Shown here piece after piece: positions 20,410 to 29,973 of a stretch of DNA of 64,000 bases (positions within the stretch are counted from its first letter, which is position 1; every line of letters begins with the position of its first letter). The notes beneath the pieces are model-generated. The model was not told the origin of the DNA. It searched no databases and was given only the letters and a program-made list of their open reading frames with translations. Origin of the DNA: Candidatus Levyibacteriota bacterium. GTDB taxonomy: Bacteria; Patescibacteriota; Microgenomatia; Levybacterales; UBA12049. The stretch lies in NCBI GenBank assembly GCA_003152105.1, contig PLZJ01000002.1:848112-912111 (forward strand), read 5' to 3'. The translations under genes were made by a program, and so were the position numbers.

Positions 20410-21045
20410 TTAAACTCTTAGCTGATCAACTTTGAGTTTCTCAAAGAGTTCGTAGGTTGCAATTATTACACCACTGCTAGTAACTTTTGAGCTTACTACA
20501 TTAAAACGTTGAGGAGTGGTTCCTTCTGCAAATAATCTTTTGCCTGAACCAATTGTAACGGGAAATGTCCAAATATGCATTTGGTCTATGAGATTATTTT
20601 TAAGAAGTGTTTGTATAAGATTACCGCTTCCCCAAACCCATAGATCAGGAGCATCCACATTTTTGAGTCTTTTTAGTTCTTTTACTACGTCTCCGCTAAC
20701 AAGCTCGGAATTGTTCCAAGTAAGCTTAAATGGTTTATGTGAAACAACATATTTTTTTGAACTATTGAATGGCTTTCCAATATGGGGCTCTTCTTTGTGA
20801 TGAGGCCAGTAAGCTGCAAAAATATCATAGGTTCGTCTTCCTAATAGTAGTTCAAAAGGAGTAGTCATGAATTTGTTCATAATAGTATTCCCTTCGTTAC
20901 CCCAATCAAAACCCATTTGCCAACCTCCATATGCAAATCCATTTGAAGTATCTTCCTCAGATCCACCTGGAGCTTGCATAACGCCATCAAGCGTAAGAAA
21001 TGTTGTTGTAATAATTTTTCTCATATAATAATCGTACTTTATCAC
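20410..21045 (-). CDS. Dihydrofolate reductase-like protein (RibD C-terminal domain family)
   Basis: MRKIITTTFLTLDGVMQAPGG... is typical of RibD_C/YwjB-type reductases. Confidence 0.6.
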   Translation of the reverse strand: MIKYDYYMRKIITTTFLTLDGVMQAPGGSEEDTSNGFAYGGWQMGFDWGNEGNTIMNKFMTTPFELLLGRRTYDIFAAYWPHHKEEPHIGKPFNSSKKYVVSHKPFKLTWNNSELVSGDVVKELKRLKNVDAPDLWVWGSGNLIQTLLKNNLIDQMHIWTFPVTIGSGKRLFAEGTTPQRFNVVSSKVTSSGVIIATYELFEKLKVDQLRV

Positions 21046-21094
21046 ACCAAAAATTTAATGTAAATCTTTATTTCGGAGTTTATGTAATAGTTAC

Positions 21095-21688
21095 TTAACA
21101 GTGACCCTGAGGAATATTTATGGTGATATGAGTAAAATTAAATGAGGATAAAATTGAAGTAAGTTGGGATTTTGCGTTAGCTGAGGCATTATTTAATATA
21201 CCTTCTTGACATGCTGCAGCTTTAATGGTGCTTTGTGCACTCGCAAGAGCTTCTGTTTCTAAATTATTATTAAATGGCACTAACAATCCTTGATTACGAT
21301 CATAAACTTCTGTCTTTGAATTATCTATCGACGACGAGAGTATCACTGGAGAAGAAAGCGTAATCGTTATACTACTACCTGTAATTGCTATATCATTTTT
21401 AGAAAATTTTGATAAATCAAATCCTGCTATTACTTCTCCATGAGCTACAAGTAGAATCCTATTACCAAACAGAAACTGTTGAAAAACGTTTCCATTTGTT
21501 CCCGTATCAATTACTTTCTCAATGGTAAAAGAAGCAGTTTCCCAACGATTCAAGCTTTTCATTTCCTGCACAACAGCAGTTGTATTATCGGCAGTAATTG
21601 TTAATTCATGAATAAGTACAACCGCACCTATTGCTAAAAATATTAGAATTAAAGTAACAATTAAATATTTCAGTCTATTCATAAACAT
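21095..21688 (-). CDS. DUF4230-like membrane-anchored protein
   Basis: N-terminal TM helix and the ILLVAHGEVIAGFDL motif. Confidence 0.35.
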   Translation of the reverse strand: MFMNRLKYLIVTLILIFLAIGAVVLIHELTITADNTTAVVQEMKSLNRWETASFTIEKVIDTGTNGNVFQQFLFGNRILLVAHGEVIAGFDLSKFSKNDIAITGSSITITLSSPVILSSSIDNSKTEVYDRNQGLLVPFNNNLETEALASAQSTIKAAACQEGILNNASANAKSQLTSILSSFNFTHITINIPQGHC

Positions 21689-21835
21689 TGTAAATGAATT
21701 ATATCAGAAGTTATAACGTTCTAGGAGGGAGTTAAAAATTAAATTGATGTAATAGGCGAAATTTACTTACTGGCACTGGTTAATTTTGTTGGAACTTTTT
21801 AGTTATCTCGAGTGGCAGATTAATATCAGAATGAA

Positions 21836-22369
21836 TTAAAATGGATAACCTTTTAACCCTTGTATTCCCTTAAGAACTGATATCTCTCCCATTATCGGGT
21901 ATACATGCCCACTAATTAAGTTAGCGATAAACTCATAAACTTTTCTTGTTCCCATACCAAATGCACTCATATCAATCTCTTTTTTTAAATCCTCGTCTGT
22001 TAAAGATGCGAGATACGTTTCACTCTCTGCAAAAACTCTCTTTGCATATTCATTGAATTGTTTTAGATCTAATTTTACTTCTTTCAACCATTTAGGATAA
22101 GCTACTTGCCAATCAATGGGCTGTATTTCACTTGCACCAGTTTTTCCTTTAAAATCAGCTTCCATTAAGGGTTTAGTGTTCATTAAGAAATTGTGGATAA
22201 ACATATCTTCTGAGAATACCAAATGGGCATAAGTTCCAGCAATTGGATTAGCTTTTCCAGGAGGCATGAAATGGGCTACCTCATCAGTTACACCTTCCAT
22301 AGTTTGCTCAAGAGCAGCATGTGCAGCTTTTAATTGATTTAAAAGAATATGAGATGCAAAATTTTTCAT
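21836..22369 (-). CDS. DinB_2 (DinB/YfiT-like) four-helix-bundle protein
   Basis: Family-like pattern with His residues spaced as in DinB_2 metal-binding proteins. Confidence 0.5.
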   Translation of the reverse strand: MKNFASHILLNQLKAAHAALEQTMEGVTDEVAHFMPPGKANPIAGTYAHLVFSEDMFIHNFLMNTKPLMEADFKGKTGASEIQPIDWQVAYPKWLKEVKLDLKQFNEYAKRVFAESETYLASLTDEDLKKEIDMSAFGMGTRKVYEFIANLISGHVYPIMGEISVLKGIQGLKGYPF

Positions 22370-22505
22370 AGTAATATTATAGCAGTTTGAATTAAAACAT
22401 AGTCAAACCATTCTTAATCAATTTTTGAATATTTTTGAGCCTAATATTGTTGAAGAGTTTGAGCTGGCCATCGTGGATATATGGATACTTTTATAGTAAC
22501 ATTTT

Positions 22506-23483
22506 CTAATGTTCTAATATTTGTAGATTAGATCTATTGTTAACTTGTAGTTTGGCAGTGCCCCCGATTGGAAATGTTATCTGGGGAAATGTATGACCGA
22601 AGTCAACGTTTCCAATTATAGGCATACTTCTTAATTCTTGTTTTGTAGAAATTATCTGTTTTAAAATTTCATAAGTAATTTTACTTTTCTTCTGAAATCT
22701 GCCAAATACAATCCCTTTAACGCCTGGAAAGGATCTATCTAGAATTATTGACTGAAGTGTTGTATCTATATGCATTGCGTCTTCTTCGTAATCATCTTCA
22801 AGAAATAATATGCTGTCATTCATATTTGGAAAGTAATCTGATCCTTTAAGAAGGGCAAACATTGTCATATTAGCTCCTAATATTTTTGCACTTACGCTAC
22901 CTTCATGAAATAACCAATGCCCTTCGCTTTTATTAATCTTAGCTTCCTTATCTTCGTCTTCCCAATCTGCCCACTCATTGTTTGCTGCAACTTCAAAAAC
23001 ATCCTCTTTTATTAAGCATTTCTTAAGATATTCAATAGTGTAATTGGAGAAATATTTTTGTCCTAGTGTATGTATGCCTGGGCCAGAGTAGGTAACTAAT
23101 CCAGTTTTAGCATAGATAGCGTTATTTAAAGTAGTAATATCTGACTTTCCGCAAAATATTTTTGGATTGTTTTTAATCAAATCCCAATTTAGTTGATTTA
23201 GAAGTTGATTGCTGTTAAAACCACCGGTTGCGCATATTATGCCTTTTACGTTCTCATCTGAAAACGCGTCATGAAAATCTTCAACTCTTGCTTGAACTGA
23301 AGTGGAATAAAAATTGTCCTCTTCATTAACATACTTACCATAGGTAATTTTAAAACCTAGATTTGTTAACAGCTTTATTGCATGTTTCTGCTCTGATATA
23401 GATACTACATTTAATGACATTGAGGGGGCAATAATTCTTACTTCATCTCCTTGCTTTAGTTTGGAAGGAAAAATAGTTTTCAC
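22506..23483 (-). CDS. LD-carboxypeptidase (peptidase S66; LdcA/MccF-like)
   Basis: N-terminal GDEVRIIAPS and catalytic serine motif GKSDITTL (GxSDxT). Confidence 0.7.
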   Translation of the reverse strand: MKTIFPSKLKQGDEVRIIAPSMSLNVVSISEQKHAIKLLTNLGFKITYGKYVNEEDNFYSTSVQARVEDFHDAFSDENVKGIICATGGFNSNQLLNQLNWDLIKNNPKIFCGKSDITTLNNAIYAKTGLVTYSGPGIHTLGQKYFSNYTIEYLKKCLIKEDVFEVAANNEWADWEDEDKEAKINKSEGHWLFHEGSVSAKILGANMTMFALLKGSDYFPNMNDSILFLEDDYEEDAMHIDTTLQSIILDRSFPGVKGIVFGRFQKKSKITYEILKQIISTKQELRSMPIIGNVDFGHTFPQITFPIGGTAKLQVNNRSNLQILEH

Positions 23484-23559
23484 AATATAATTATATCAGA
23501 GGTTTTGAAGACCAAGCAGGATGCTAAAAATTAGATTGTTAAATCATGCTAAATTAGTT

Positions 23560-23593
23560 GCTGGCACTGGTGGACTATGTAGGAACTTTTTAC
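23560..23593. repeat. Dispersed ~35-nt intergenic repeat, consensus GCTGGC-N4-GTGGAC-N3-TGTAGGAACTTTTTA (best copy)
   Basis: Related copies at about 21769-21802, 22463-22496, 24797-24830, 25757-25790, 26487-26520 and 31168-31205. Confidence 0.55.
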
Positions 23594-23612
23594 AGGAATA
23601 ATTTTCTAACAG

Positions 23613-24125
23613 CTATTTCTTTGTAGTTTGTACTTTCGTTTTCTCTGTGCAAACACCAACAACTAGTAACCATGCTCCTGTAATAGTGTAGGCGAGTAAG
23701 ATAATCATCGCTATTGCAGCTATGTATAAACCAAGCATAGATCCTAATGTAAATAATAATGCACCTAGTATTTCAACTACATACAACCCTGTTCCAACAA
23801 CAATGCGGTTAACCCCTAAAGTAAGTAGGTTTATTCCCCGTTTTTTTACTTCCACAATACCTTTCACATAAATATATCCTGCGAAGATTGAAACAATTAA
23901 CCACTCAAGTCCGAATACTTGGTAATGCTGATCTCCGATTAACCCGAAAGCACAGATCACAAATATTGCAGTAAAACCAGCAAGTGTGCCTATTGCGCGA
24001 TTTCTGTGCGTTAAGTCCTTTACTATTGTCTCAAGGTTGAGTGACAATGCAACAAATACTAAACCTGTTAGTGCTGCAGCTCCGCCTCCAACCATAACAA
24101 AAAAATTTTGCCAATGTTCTATCAT
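23613..24125 (-). CDS. Polytopic membrane protein, hypothetical
   Basis: 170 aa, ~5 TM helices. Confidence 0.4.
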   Translation of the reverse strand: MIEHWQNFFVMVGGGAAALTGLVFVALSLNLETIVKDLTHRNRAIGTLAGFTAIFVICAFGLIGDQHYQVFGLEWLIVSIFAGYIYVKGIVEVKKRGINLLTLGVNRIVVGTGLYVVEILGALLFTLGSMLGLYIAAIAMIILLAYTITGAWLLVVGVCTEKTKVQTTKK

Positions 24126-24206
24126 ATGTATATTATAGCAATTTTTACTAATTACTTACACAATATTTCTTGACTTAAAATACTTTAAGTTGTTAATATA
24201 TGTCTT

Positions 24207-24599
24207 ATGAATAAACAACCAACTCAGATTAATGACATTCCCGCACAACAAGGATCCTCAGATAACTTTACAGGTACAACTCATATTCAATCCATTTCGG
24301 CTTCAGAAGATGGTTGCACTATGGTAGCTCGAGTTACTTTTGATAAAGATGCACGGACTTTTTGGCATACACATGGTGGTGAGCAAGTACTGTATTTTCT
24401 TGAAGGTAATGGAAGAGTAGAAATTGAAGGGCAGGGAATAATCGATGCAAATGTTGGTGATATTGTACGAATTCCTCCAAAGACCAGACACTGGCATGGT
24501 GCACACCCAACCGAAGAAGATAACATGACCCATCTAGCAATTGTAAATAATGGTGTTACCTGGCTTGAGCCAGTTCCAGAGGAAGTATATCGAGCATGA
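24207..24599 (+). CDS. Cupin-domain protein
   Basis: Cupin motifs HTHGGEQVLYFLEGNG ... IPPKTRHWHGA. Confidence 0.6.
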   Translation: MNKQPTQINDIPAQQGSSDNFTGTTHIQSISASEDGCTMVARVTFDKDARTFWHTHGGEQVLYFLEGNGRVEIEGQGIIDANVGDIVRIPPKTRHWHGAHPTEEDNMTHLAIVNNGVTWLEPVPEEVYRA

Positions 24600-24727
24600 A
24601 CCCAGCATACATTTAGGATATGACACCTCTCTAAGTATCGAGAAAAACAGTGAGATAAAACAGATAGCTATTACACACAAGATGCCATTCTTTGATCTGT
24701 AGATATTTAGTCTACTCTGAACCCGCA

Positions 24728-24779
24728 GTTCGAATCCAGACACCAGTTTGTAAGCAAAATGATAACTCTTGAGGCTAAA
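24728..24779. repeat. Companion repeats CAGTTCGAATCC(A/G)GAC and TTGAGGCTAAA
   Basis: GTTCGAATCC at 24728-24737, 25690-25699 and 26462-26471. TTGAGGCTA at 24769-24779, 25677-25686 and 25737-25750. They do not fold as tRNA T-arms. Confidence 0.5.
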
Positions 24780-24876
24780 TTATAGCAAAAATAGAAGCTG
24801 GCGATTGTGGACTTTGTAGGAATTTTTTATCATCAGAATCTTTACCAATTCAACTTTGTTTTGGCTCAGTATTAAA

Positions 24877-25659
24877 TCAAGCAACGACATTCATCTCTGA
24901 AACTTTAGTACCATTGTTTACTCCATAATAGGCTTGTTTTTTGCTCAGTACGTTTGTTGCAGGAACAAATCGTTTCTGTCTTCTTCTTACTTCTTGGTCG
25001 AAATTAGCGCTTGTAGTGTAAATACTGGGAAATAAACCTTGAGTGGTATTTGTTGGGTTCATCGGATCAAAAAGAAGCTGATGTTCACCCTGTGGTATAA
25101 CAATAAAACTATGTTCTTCTGCAAATTCGAGTTGTTTGTCCCAAAGAACAGCACCACTAAAATACCGTGATTCTACACCTTCTTGTTGCAAATAATACTG
25201 CGCTAATGCAGCTATCTCTGCGCATGCCACTGTATTATTAGCAAATAATTCGCTTAACTTAACCTCACCATTTTTTGCTTTTGAATAGGCTTGTTGTCTC
25301 GCGGGTTGCACTTCTAATGAGGATGGATATCTTTTTTCTAATATTTTTGTAAATGAAAATAAGTAAGCAAACAATTTTTCATCTAATCCGATTCCTTGAG
25401 AATCTAACCATTTTTTAAGCTCAGGAAGATTATATATACCTGTATTATCATGCATTTCTTGTAATACTTCCTGAAGGTTTTCAAAATCTCCAACGACTGA
25501 AATATCCATTTCATTAGTAAAAATACTTCCTCCTCCAACTGGAATTAGTGAGTTGTTATCTAACCTTGGTGCTTCAAAGCTTTTGCCAAATAACTTTTCT
25601 ATAGCAACTGTAGGTGTTGGTTCTTGTCCAGGATAACTCTCTTTAATGTCTCCATCCAT
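24877..25659 (-). CDS. Hypothetical protein
   Basis: Long ORF with no confident motif. Flanked by dispersed repeats. Confidence 0.4.
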   Translation of the reverse strand: MDGDIKESYPGQEPTPTVAIEKLFGKSFEAPRLDNNSLIPVGGGSIFTNEMDISVVGDFENLQEVLQEMHDNTGIYNLPELKKWLDSQGIGLDEKLFAYLFSFTKILEKRYPSSLEVQPARQQAYSKAKNGEVKLSELFANNTVACAEIAALAQYYLQQEGVESRYFSGAVLWDKQLEFAEEHSFIVIPQGEHQLLFDPMNPTNTTQGLFPSIYTTSANFDQEVRRRQKRFVPATNVLSKKQAYYGVNNGTKVSEMNVVA

Positions 25660-25871
25660 AATAAAAATTATAACACTTTGAGGCTATCAGTTCGAATCCG
25701 GACTGGGTCATGCCATTTTTTTCTAAATTATGACGGTTTTTGAGGCTAAAAATGCAGCTGGCGGACATAGACGCTATTCGAACTTATTGGTTACAAAATA
25801 ATGATAACTTCTATATTCCAAACTATATGTAATGCTGGCCATACTGGGCTATATCTGAGCTTTTTGTGCTG

Positions 25872-26243
25872 CTATTTAAAGTTTTTCCAGACTGGTCTTA
25901 TCGCCAAATATAAAATGCCAAGCATAACAATATTGACTACTAAAACCATTAACATACTGATAATTATTTGGTTTACATTGGAAACAATCTGAAATTCATT
26001 AAATCCAGTAACCAGAAAAATTACTATTGCTGAGGATAGTAATAGCGTGACCCCTATCTTTTTCCATCTTAGTAACTGGATAACTGACCATACCTGTACA
26101 AAACCAGCAACAATTCCCAAAAGGCTTATATAGTTCTTCGTAAGACGTATCATAGGAAGATATGTGAGGGAATCAGCAGTGAGTGCAATAGAAAATAGAA
26201 GTATTACAATGAGCCATATTGTTAAAAATTTTGGTCTTTTCAT
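25872..26243 (-). CDS. Membrane protein, hypothetical
   Basis: 123 aa, 4 TM helices. Confidence 0.35.
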   Translation of the reverse strand: MKRPKFLTIWLIVILLFSIALTADSLTYLPMIRLTKNYISLLGIVAGFVQVWSVIQLLRWKKIGVTLLLSSAIVIFLVTGFNEFQIVSNVNQIIISMLMVLVVNIVMLGILYLAIRPVWKNFK

Positions 26244-26247
26244 CTTT

Positions 26248-26433
26248 CTATTTATTTGCTTTCTTACCTAGACCAGCATAATAGCCTGCAAAAAACAAGA
26301 AAATACTAGTTGTTATTAATGGCAAAACGATAAAAATATGACTAGTTGAAGGATTAGCAATTAATGGGACACTACTAGCATCAGTAATTACTGCAAGTAC
26401 TACAAATGCTATCATCTTTCGTTTATTATTCAT
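26248..26433 (-). CDS. Small membrane protein, hypothetical
   Basis: 61 aa with two hydrophobic segments. 4-nt gap to the next gene. Confidence 0.3.
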   Translation of the reverse strand: MNNKRKMIAFVVLAVITDASSVPLIANPSTSHIFIVLPLITTSIFLFFAGYYAGLGKKANK

Positions 26434-26662
26434 ATTTTTATTATATCACTTTTGAGAAAAGGTTCGAATCCGGGTTGGGTTACTTAGCTGGCGAGATTGC
26501 CCTAGGATGGCTCCAAATTCTTCCAAGCATAGTACTAATGTACGAGAACTTGAAGAATTTGAACCTACATTATTGACTTTTCCTCTAGTTTTTAGTAAAA
26601 TACTACTATCATTAGGGGGAAACGAACATATGACTACGTGTTATATGCAACGCCTCCCATTT

Positions 26663-27187
26663 TTAATGTTTATACTCTAATTTCTTTTTATCAAACACAA
26701 TAAATATTTTATATTTTTGAAATTGTTTTAGCAAAGAAGACTCATTTTTTGCATTAGGTATAATGATTTTTGATAGCTTTTTAGTCTTTTCTAAATATTC
26801 ATGAAGGCAATAAAAATCTCCATCTCCCGAAACAATAACCGCTTTGTCGTATTTTGAATACTGAATAGCAACTGCATGTAATACTAATTCAGCATCAACG
26901 TTTCCTTTAGGTTTACCTTGACTATCCTTAACTGTTGGTTTGAAAACTAGGTCATAGCCGTATGCCTCAAGACGCTTATATAAGGTTTCATTAGTTTTTA
27001 TATAGCCAATGAACAAAATAGCTTTTTTAACATGGAATTTATCAGTTAAATATATTCTAAACTTTCTGTAATCAAGTTTCCATCCAGAATATATTTTTTT
27101 GTTATTTTTAAAAATATCCTTACTAGTACCTAAATTTAGATTTTGGCTGTCAATAAAAGCATATGTAATATTTTTCTTTGAGTTCAT
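26663..27187 (-). CDS. NYN-domain (LabA/MARF1-like) putative ribonuclease
   Basis: YAFIDSQNL, GNVDAELV and VSGDGDF motifs are typical of NYN/PIN-like domains. Confidence 0.6.
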   Translation of the reverse strand: MNSKKNITYAFIDSQNLNLGTSKDIFKNNKKIYSGWKLDYRKFRIYLTDKFHVKKAILFIGYIKTNETLYKRLEAYGYDLVFKPTVKDSQGKPKGNVDAELVLHAVAIQYSKYDKAVIVSGDGDFYCLHEYLEKTKKLSKIIIPNAKNESSLLKQFQKYKIFIVFDKKKLEYKH

Positions 27188-27193
27188 AGATTC

Positions 27194-27772
27194 TCATGAT
27201 TTACTAATATTTTCTGGTTCTTCTTTTGCAATACTATCTAAAAAATCTATATATTTACGTAAAATTGCAATTTCTTTCTTTGTAATATCTGTAGGTAGTA
27301 AAATTATTGCTTTAGTGTTCTCTCTTAACGGTAATTCAAATTTAGTAGTTTTATTACTTGACAATTCAACTTCATCTTTCTCTATATTTTGATCAACATT
27401 TTCAGGAGTCAATTCTTGAATTTTGGATTGATCATTTTTTTTCTTTCTCACAGTTATTTTAGGATTCCAAGAATTCATACCTGTAGGATTTAAACCATAT
27501 CTTTGGAAATCGGATATTGCTTTTTTAACTCTACTCTTATAGGTCTCCACTGATGATACTGTTACAGATGAAGTATTTTTTTGATAATAGGTATGAAATA
27601 TTTGATTAATGTTTTCTAATAATTTATCTATGGATGCTTTTTCTTCTTCGTTGAGCTCTGGTTCTATTTTATTTAGAGCTAAGCGTAGGTTTTGTGCGGT
27701 TGCAGGTAGATACTTACGACTCTTTTCTGCGGCTTCGATAAATGTATAAAGTGACTGAATATTGTTATGCAT
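27194..27772 (-). CDS. Hypothetical protein
   Basis: Long ORF co-directional and nearly abutting the NYN gene. Confidence 0.4.
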   Translation of the reverse strand: MHNNIQSLYTFIEAAEKSRKYLPATAQNLRLALNKIEPELNEEEKASIDKLLENINQIFHTYYQKNTSSVTVSSVETYKSRVKKAISDFQRYGLNPTGMNSWNPKITVRKKKNDQSKIQELTPENVDQNIEKDEVELSSNKTTKFELPLRENTKAIILLPTDITKKEIAILRKYIDFLDSIAKEEPENISKS

Positions 27773-27915
27773 AAAAATGCTGTATCAAATTTCCTGACGC
27801 TTGTCAAGACCTAACAGATTTAAATTAGTGAGAAAAATAGCTTTGATATAGAATATTCGTCAATTAAATCAAGAATATTGTACAGATATTAGACAGCTTA
27901 TTGAAAAATAAATAA

Positions 27916-28536
27916 CTATGCCCTTTCTTTTCCAACCTTTATTTCATATGGAATGATATTTTGTTTTTCCTTAAGCCTAAGCTCTGAGGAAACTACTAAT
28001 CTTGTCGCTTCACCATTTCCCATTGACCTACCCAATTCGGCATCTTGCTCAGGATTTGTAAGTTGATGCAGTAACACACCACTTTCCTCACCATGCATAA
28101 CAATACCAATCGTTTTATTCGAACTTGCTAATACTAACTCCTGAAAAGTTTTCCATATGCGCTCACTTACCTCGCGCAAAGATTCATCAGTAAATATTTC
28201 TTCTTCAGATTTCAATTCACTTACGGGTCGACCTCTCCAAGTGGGGTACTTAAGACCTCTTAATCCATCTACGTATAAAATAGGAGGATTTCCTACTTCT
28301 TTGCTTACTAAATATGCTGACTGACGAGCACGAAGTAGTGGACTTGTATATATTTCATCGAATTTAACACGCTGCTTAGATAACTTTTGCCCTAAATTCC
28401 TCATTTGCTGACGACCTATACTACTAAGTAATACCTCAGGTCCATAAATAGTAGGCTCACCTTGTGTAATAGGTAAATCAATATGGCCATGACGGATAAG
28501 ATAAACCGTTGTATCCATTGAGAAGCAGTATAGCAA
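27916..28536 (-). CDS. Histidine phosphatase family protein (phosphoglycerate mutase-like)
   Basis: RHG motif YLIRHGH near the N-terminus. Confidence 0.7.
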   Translation of the reverse strand: MLYCFSMDTTVYLIRHGHIDLPITQGEPTIYGPEVLLSSIGRQQMRNLGQKLSKQRVKFDEIYTSPLLRARQSAYLVSKEVGNPPILYVDGLRGLKYPTWRGRPVSELKSEEEIFTDESLREVSERIWKTFQELVLASSNKTIGIVMHGEESGVLLHQLTNPEQDAELGRSMGNGEATRLVVSSELRLKEKQNIIPYEIKVGKERA

Positions 28537-28571
28537 AGTTTAGAAGCTAAATCAACTATAGGACTAATTGC

Positions 28572-28643
28572 TGCGGAGCTAGGATTCGAACCTAGAGTCG
28601 CGCTGATCCAAAGTCAGGCGTGTTGCCATTACACCACTCCGCA
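28572..28643 (-). tRNA. tRNA-Gln: tRNA-Gln (anticodon UUG)
   Basis: Minus-strand sequence UGCGGAG..CCUGA CUUUGGA UCAGC..CUAGG UUCGAAU CCUAG CUCCGCA folds as a cloverleaf. U1:A72 pair is typical of bacterial tRNA-Gln. Perfect 5-bp T-stem with T-loop GTTCGAATC. Anticodon loop CUUUGGA gives UUG. CCA is not encoded. Confidence 0.75.
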
Positions 28644-28704
28644 TTGTCATCGTATTATAACAAATCTAGCCTTATTATAGGTAGTGTATAAATTTGAGTT
28701 TAAG

Positions 28705-29745
28705 TTATGTAGTTTTTACCAATTTGTAATAACTGGATTTGGTTATTCCAAACTTTTTTACTAAACCTTTAGTAACTAATGAAGAAAGTAACTGATGAGC
28801 CTGTTGTCTAGTTACTTGTAATTGATCTTGTATATCATTTGTTTTTATTGCTTTTTTCTCTAGTAGAATTTGCAATACTTCTTCTTCTCTATTTGTAACA
28901 AGTACTCTTTTTTCGCCTGTTATCTCGTCAATTGACGAATTTTTAAGTTCATTAATTCTGGCAAGAGCTGCTTGTAATGAATGTGAAATACCTTCTAAGA
29001 AATAAGCTAGCCATTTTGTTTCATCTCCATTGTCGGCTTTATGAAGCATATCTGAATACTGTGTTCTATCAATATCATAATAATCATCTAGTATAAAATA
29101 CTTTGCGACCTCATAGTGCTTTAATAAGAGAAAGTAGGTGGTTAGAATGCGAGCGAGTCTACCATTTCCATCAAAAAATGGATGGATATAGACAAACTGG
29201 TGGTGAAGTATGCCTGCACAAATTATTGGGTGAAGATTTCCCTGATCTTGAACCCATGCAAATAAATCCTCTAGTGCTTTTTCTATTTCAGCTTTGGTAT
29301 GAAATGGAGGATTGTGTTTGATCACGATTTCAGTCTTTGTTTTATGACCTACAAAAACACCACTATTCCTAAATACACCGCTTTCTTTATCAATACCTTT
29401 CATTAGTTCTTTGTGTAATCGAAGCGTTAAACTCGTGGTTAATGGTTCTTTTTTTCTTGCCAGGCCAAATATTGTTGTAAGAACTGAGAAATAGTTTTTG
29501 ACTTCTTTTTCAGATTTTGTTACTGGTATTGTGTCATTTAATATAATATTTGTGACGTCTTGGGGAGATAAAGGGTTACCTTCAATACTTGTTGAATAGT
29601 GTGTAGCTAGTATTTGATTCTCTTGGGTTAGCTTTAGTAAAATCGAAGGCCGTAAATCCTCAGAGGATAATTGTCCATATAATCGCTCTATGCTAGCTAA
29701 ATTATTTACTATATCAATAGTATAATGAAATCGCGGCTCTTTCAT
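28705..29745 (-). CDS. Fic-family protein (AMPylator) with C-terminal wHTH
   Basis: Canonical Fic motif HPFFDGNGRLARIL. N-terminal inhibitory-helix-like motif TSIEGN. Confidence 0.85.
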   Translation of the reverse strand: MKEPRFHYTIDIVNNLASIERLYGQLSSEDLRPSILLKLTQENQILATHYSTSIEGNPLSPQDVTNIILNDTIPVTKSEKEVKNYFSVLTTIFGLARKKEPLTTSLTLRLHKELMKGIDKESGVFRNSGVFVGHKTKTEIVIKHNPPFHTKAEIEKALEDLFAWVQDQGNLHPIICAGILHHQFVYIHPFFDGNGRLARILTTYFLLLKHYEVAKYFILDDYYDIDRTQYSDMLHKADNGDETKWLAYFLEGISHSLQAALARINELKNSSIDEITGEKRVLVTNREEEVLQILLEKKAIKTNDIQDQLQVTRQQAHQLLSSLVTKGLVKKFGITKSSYYKLVKTT

Positions 29746-29769
29746 AGCTAAAGTATACTATAATTTATA

Positions 29770-29912
29770 TTATTTGTCAATATAATTGTAAACCTATTTG
29801 TCAATAGTGTGGATATTTTAATTGTAAACCTATTTGTCAATATAATTGTAAACATGATTAGTATATATAGAGCACTCATATAAGCCTAGATTGTTTACGA
29901 TAATTTGTCAAT
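29770..29912. promoter_or_regulatory. Iteron-like direct repeats (TTTGTCAAT / AATTGTAAAC units) in the divergent Fic-MFS intergenic region
   Basis: TATTTGTCAATATAATTGTAAAC exact at 29771-29793 and 29831-29853. AATTGTAAACCTATTTGTCAATA at 29784-29806 and 29818-29840. A further GTTTAC...TTTGTCAAT at ~29893-29910. Confidence 0.5.
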
Positions 29913-29973
29913 TAATAATCAAATACAATTATAAAGTCTCCTCTTAAACTCTGCTACAATTACATATAAGTAT

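Noticed and set aside
21769-23593. TGGCAC in the dispersed repeat, considered as a sigma-54 -24 element
   Set aside because: No TTGC at the required +10 spacing in any copy.
24728-26471. GTTCGAATCC (canonical T-loop sequence) at 24728, 25690 and 26462, considered as tRNA genes or tRNA 3' remnants
   Set aside because: In each case the flanking 5 nt on each side cannot pair as a T-stem and no acceptor or D-arm can be drawn. I treat them as part of a repeat family, not tRNAs.
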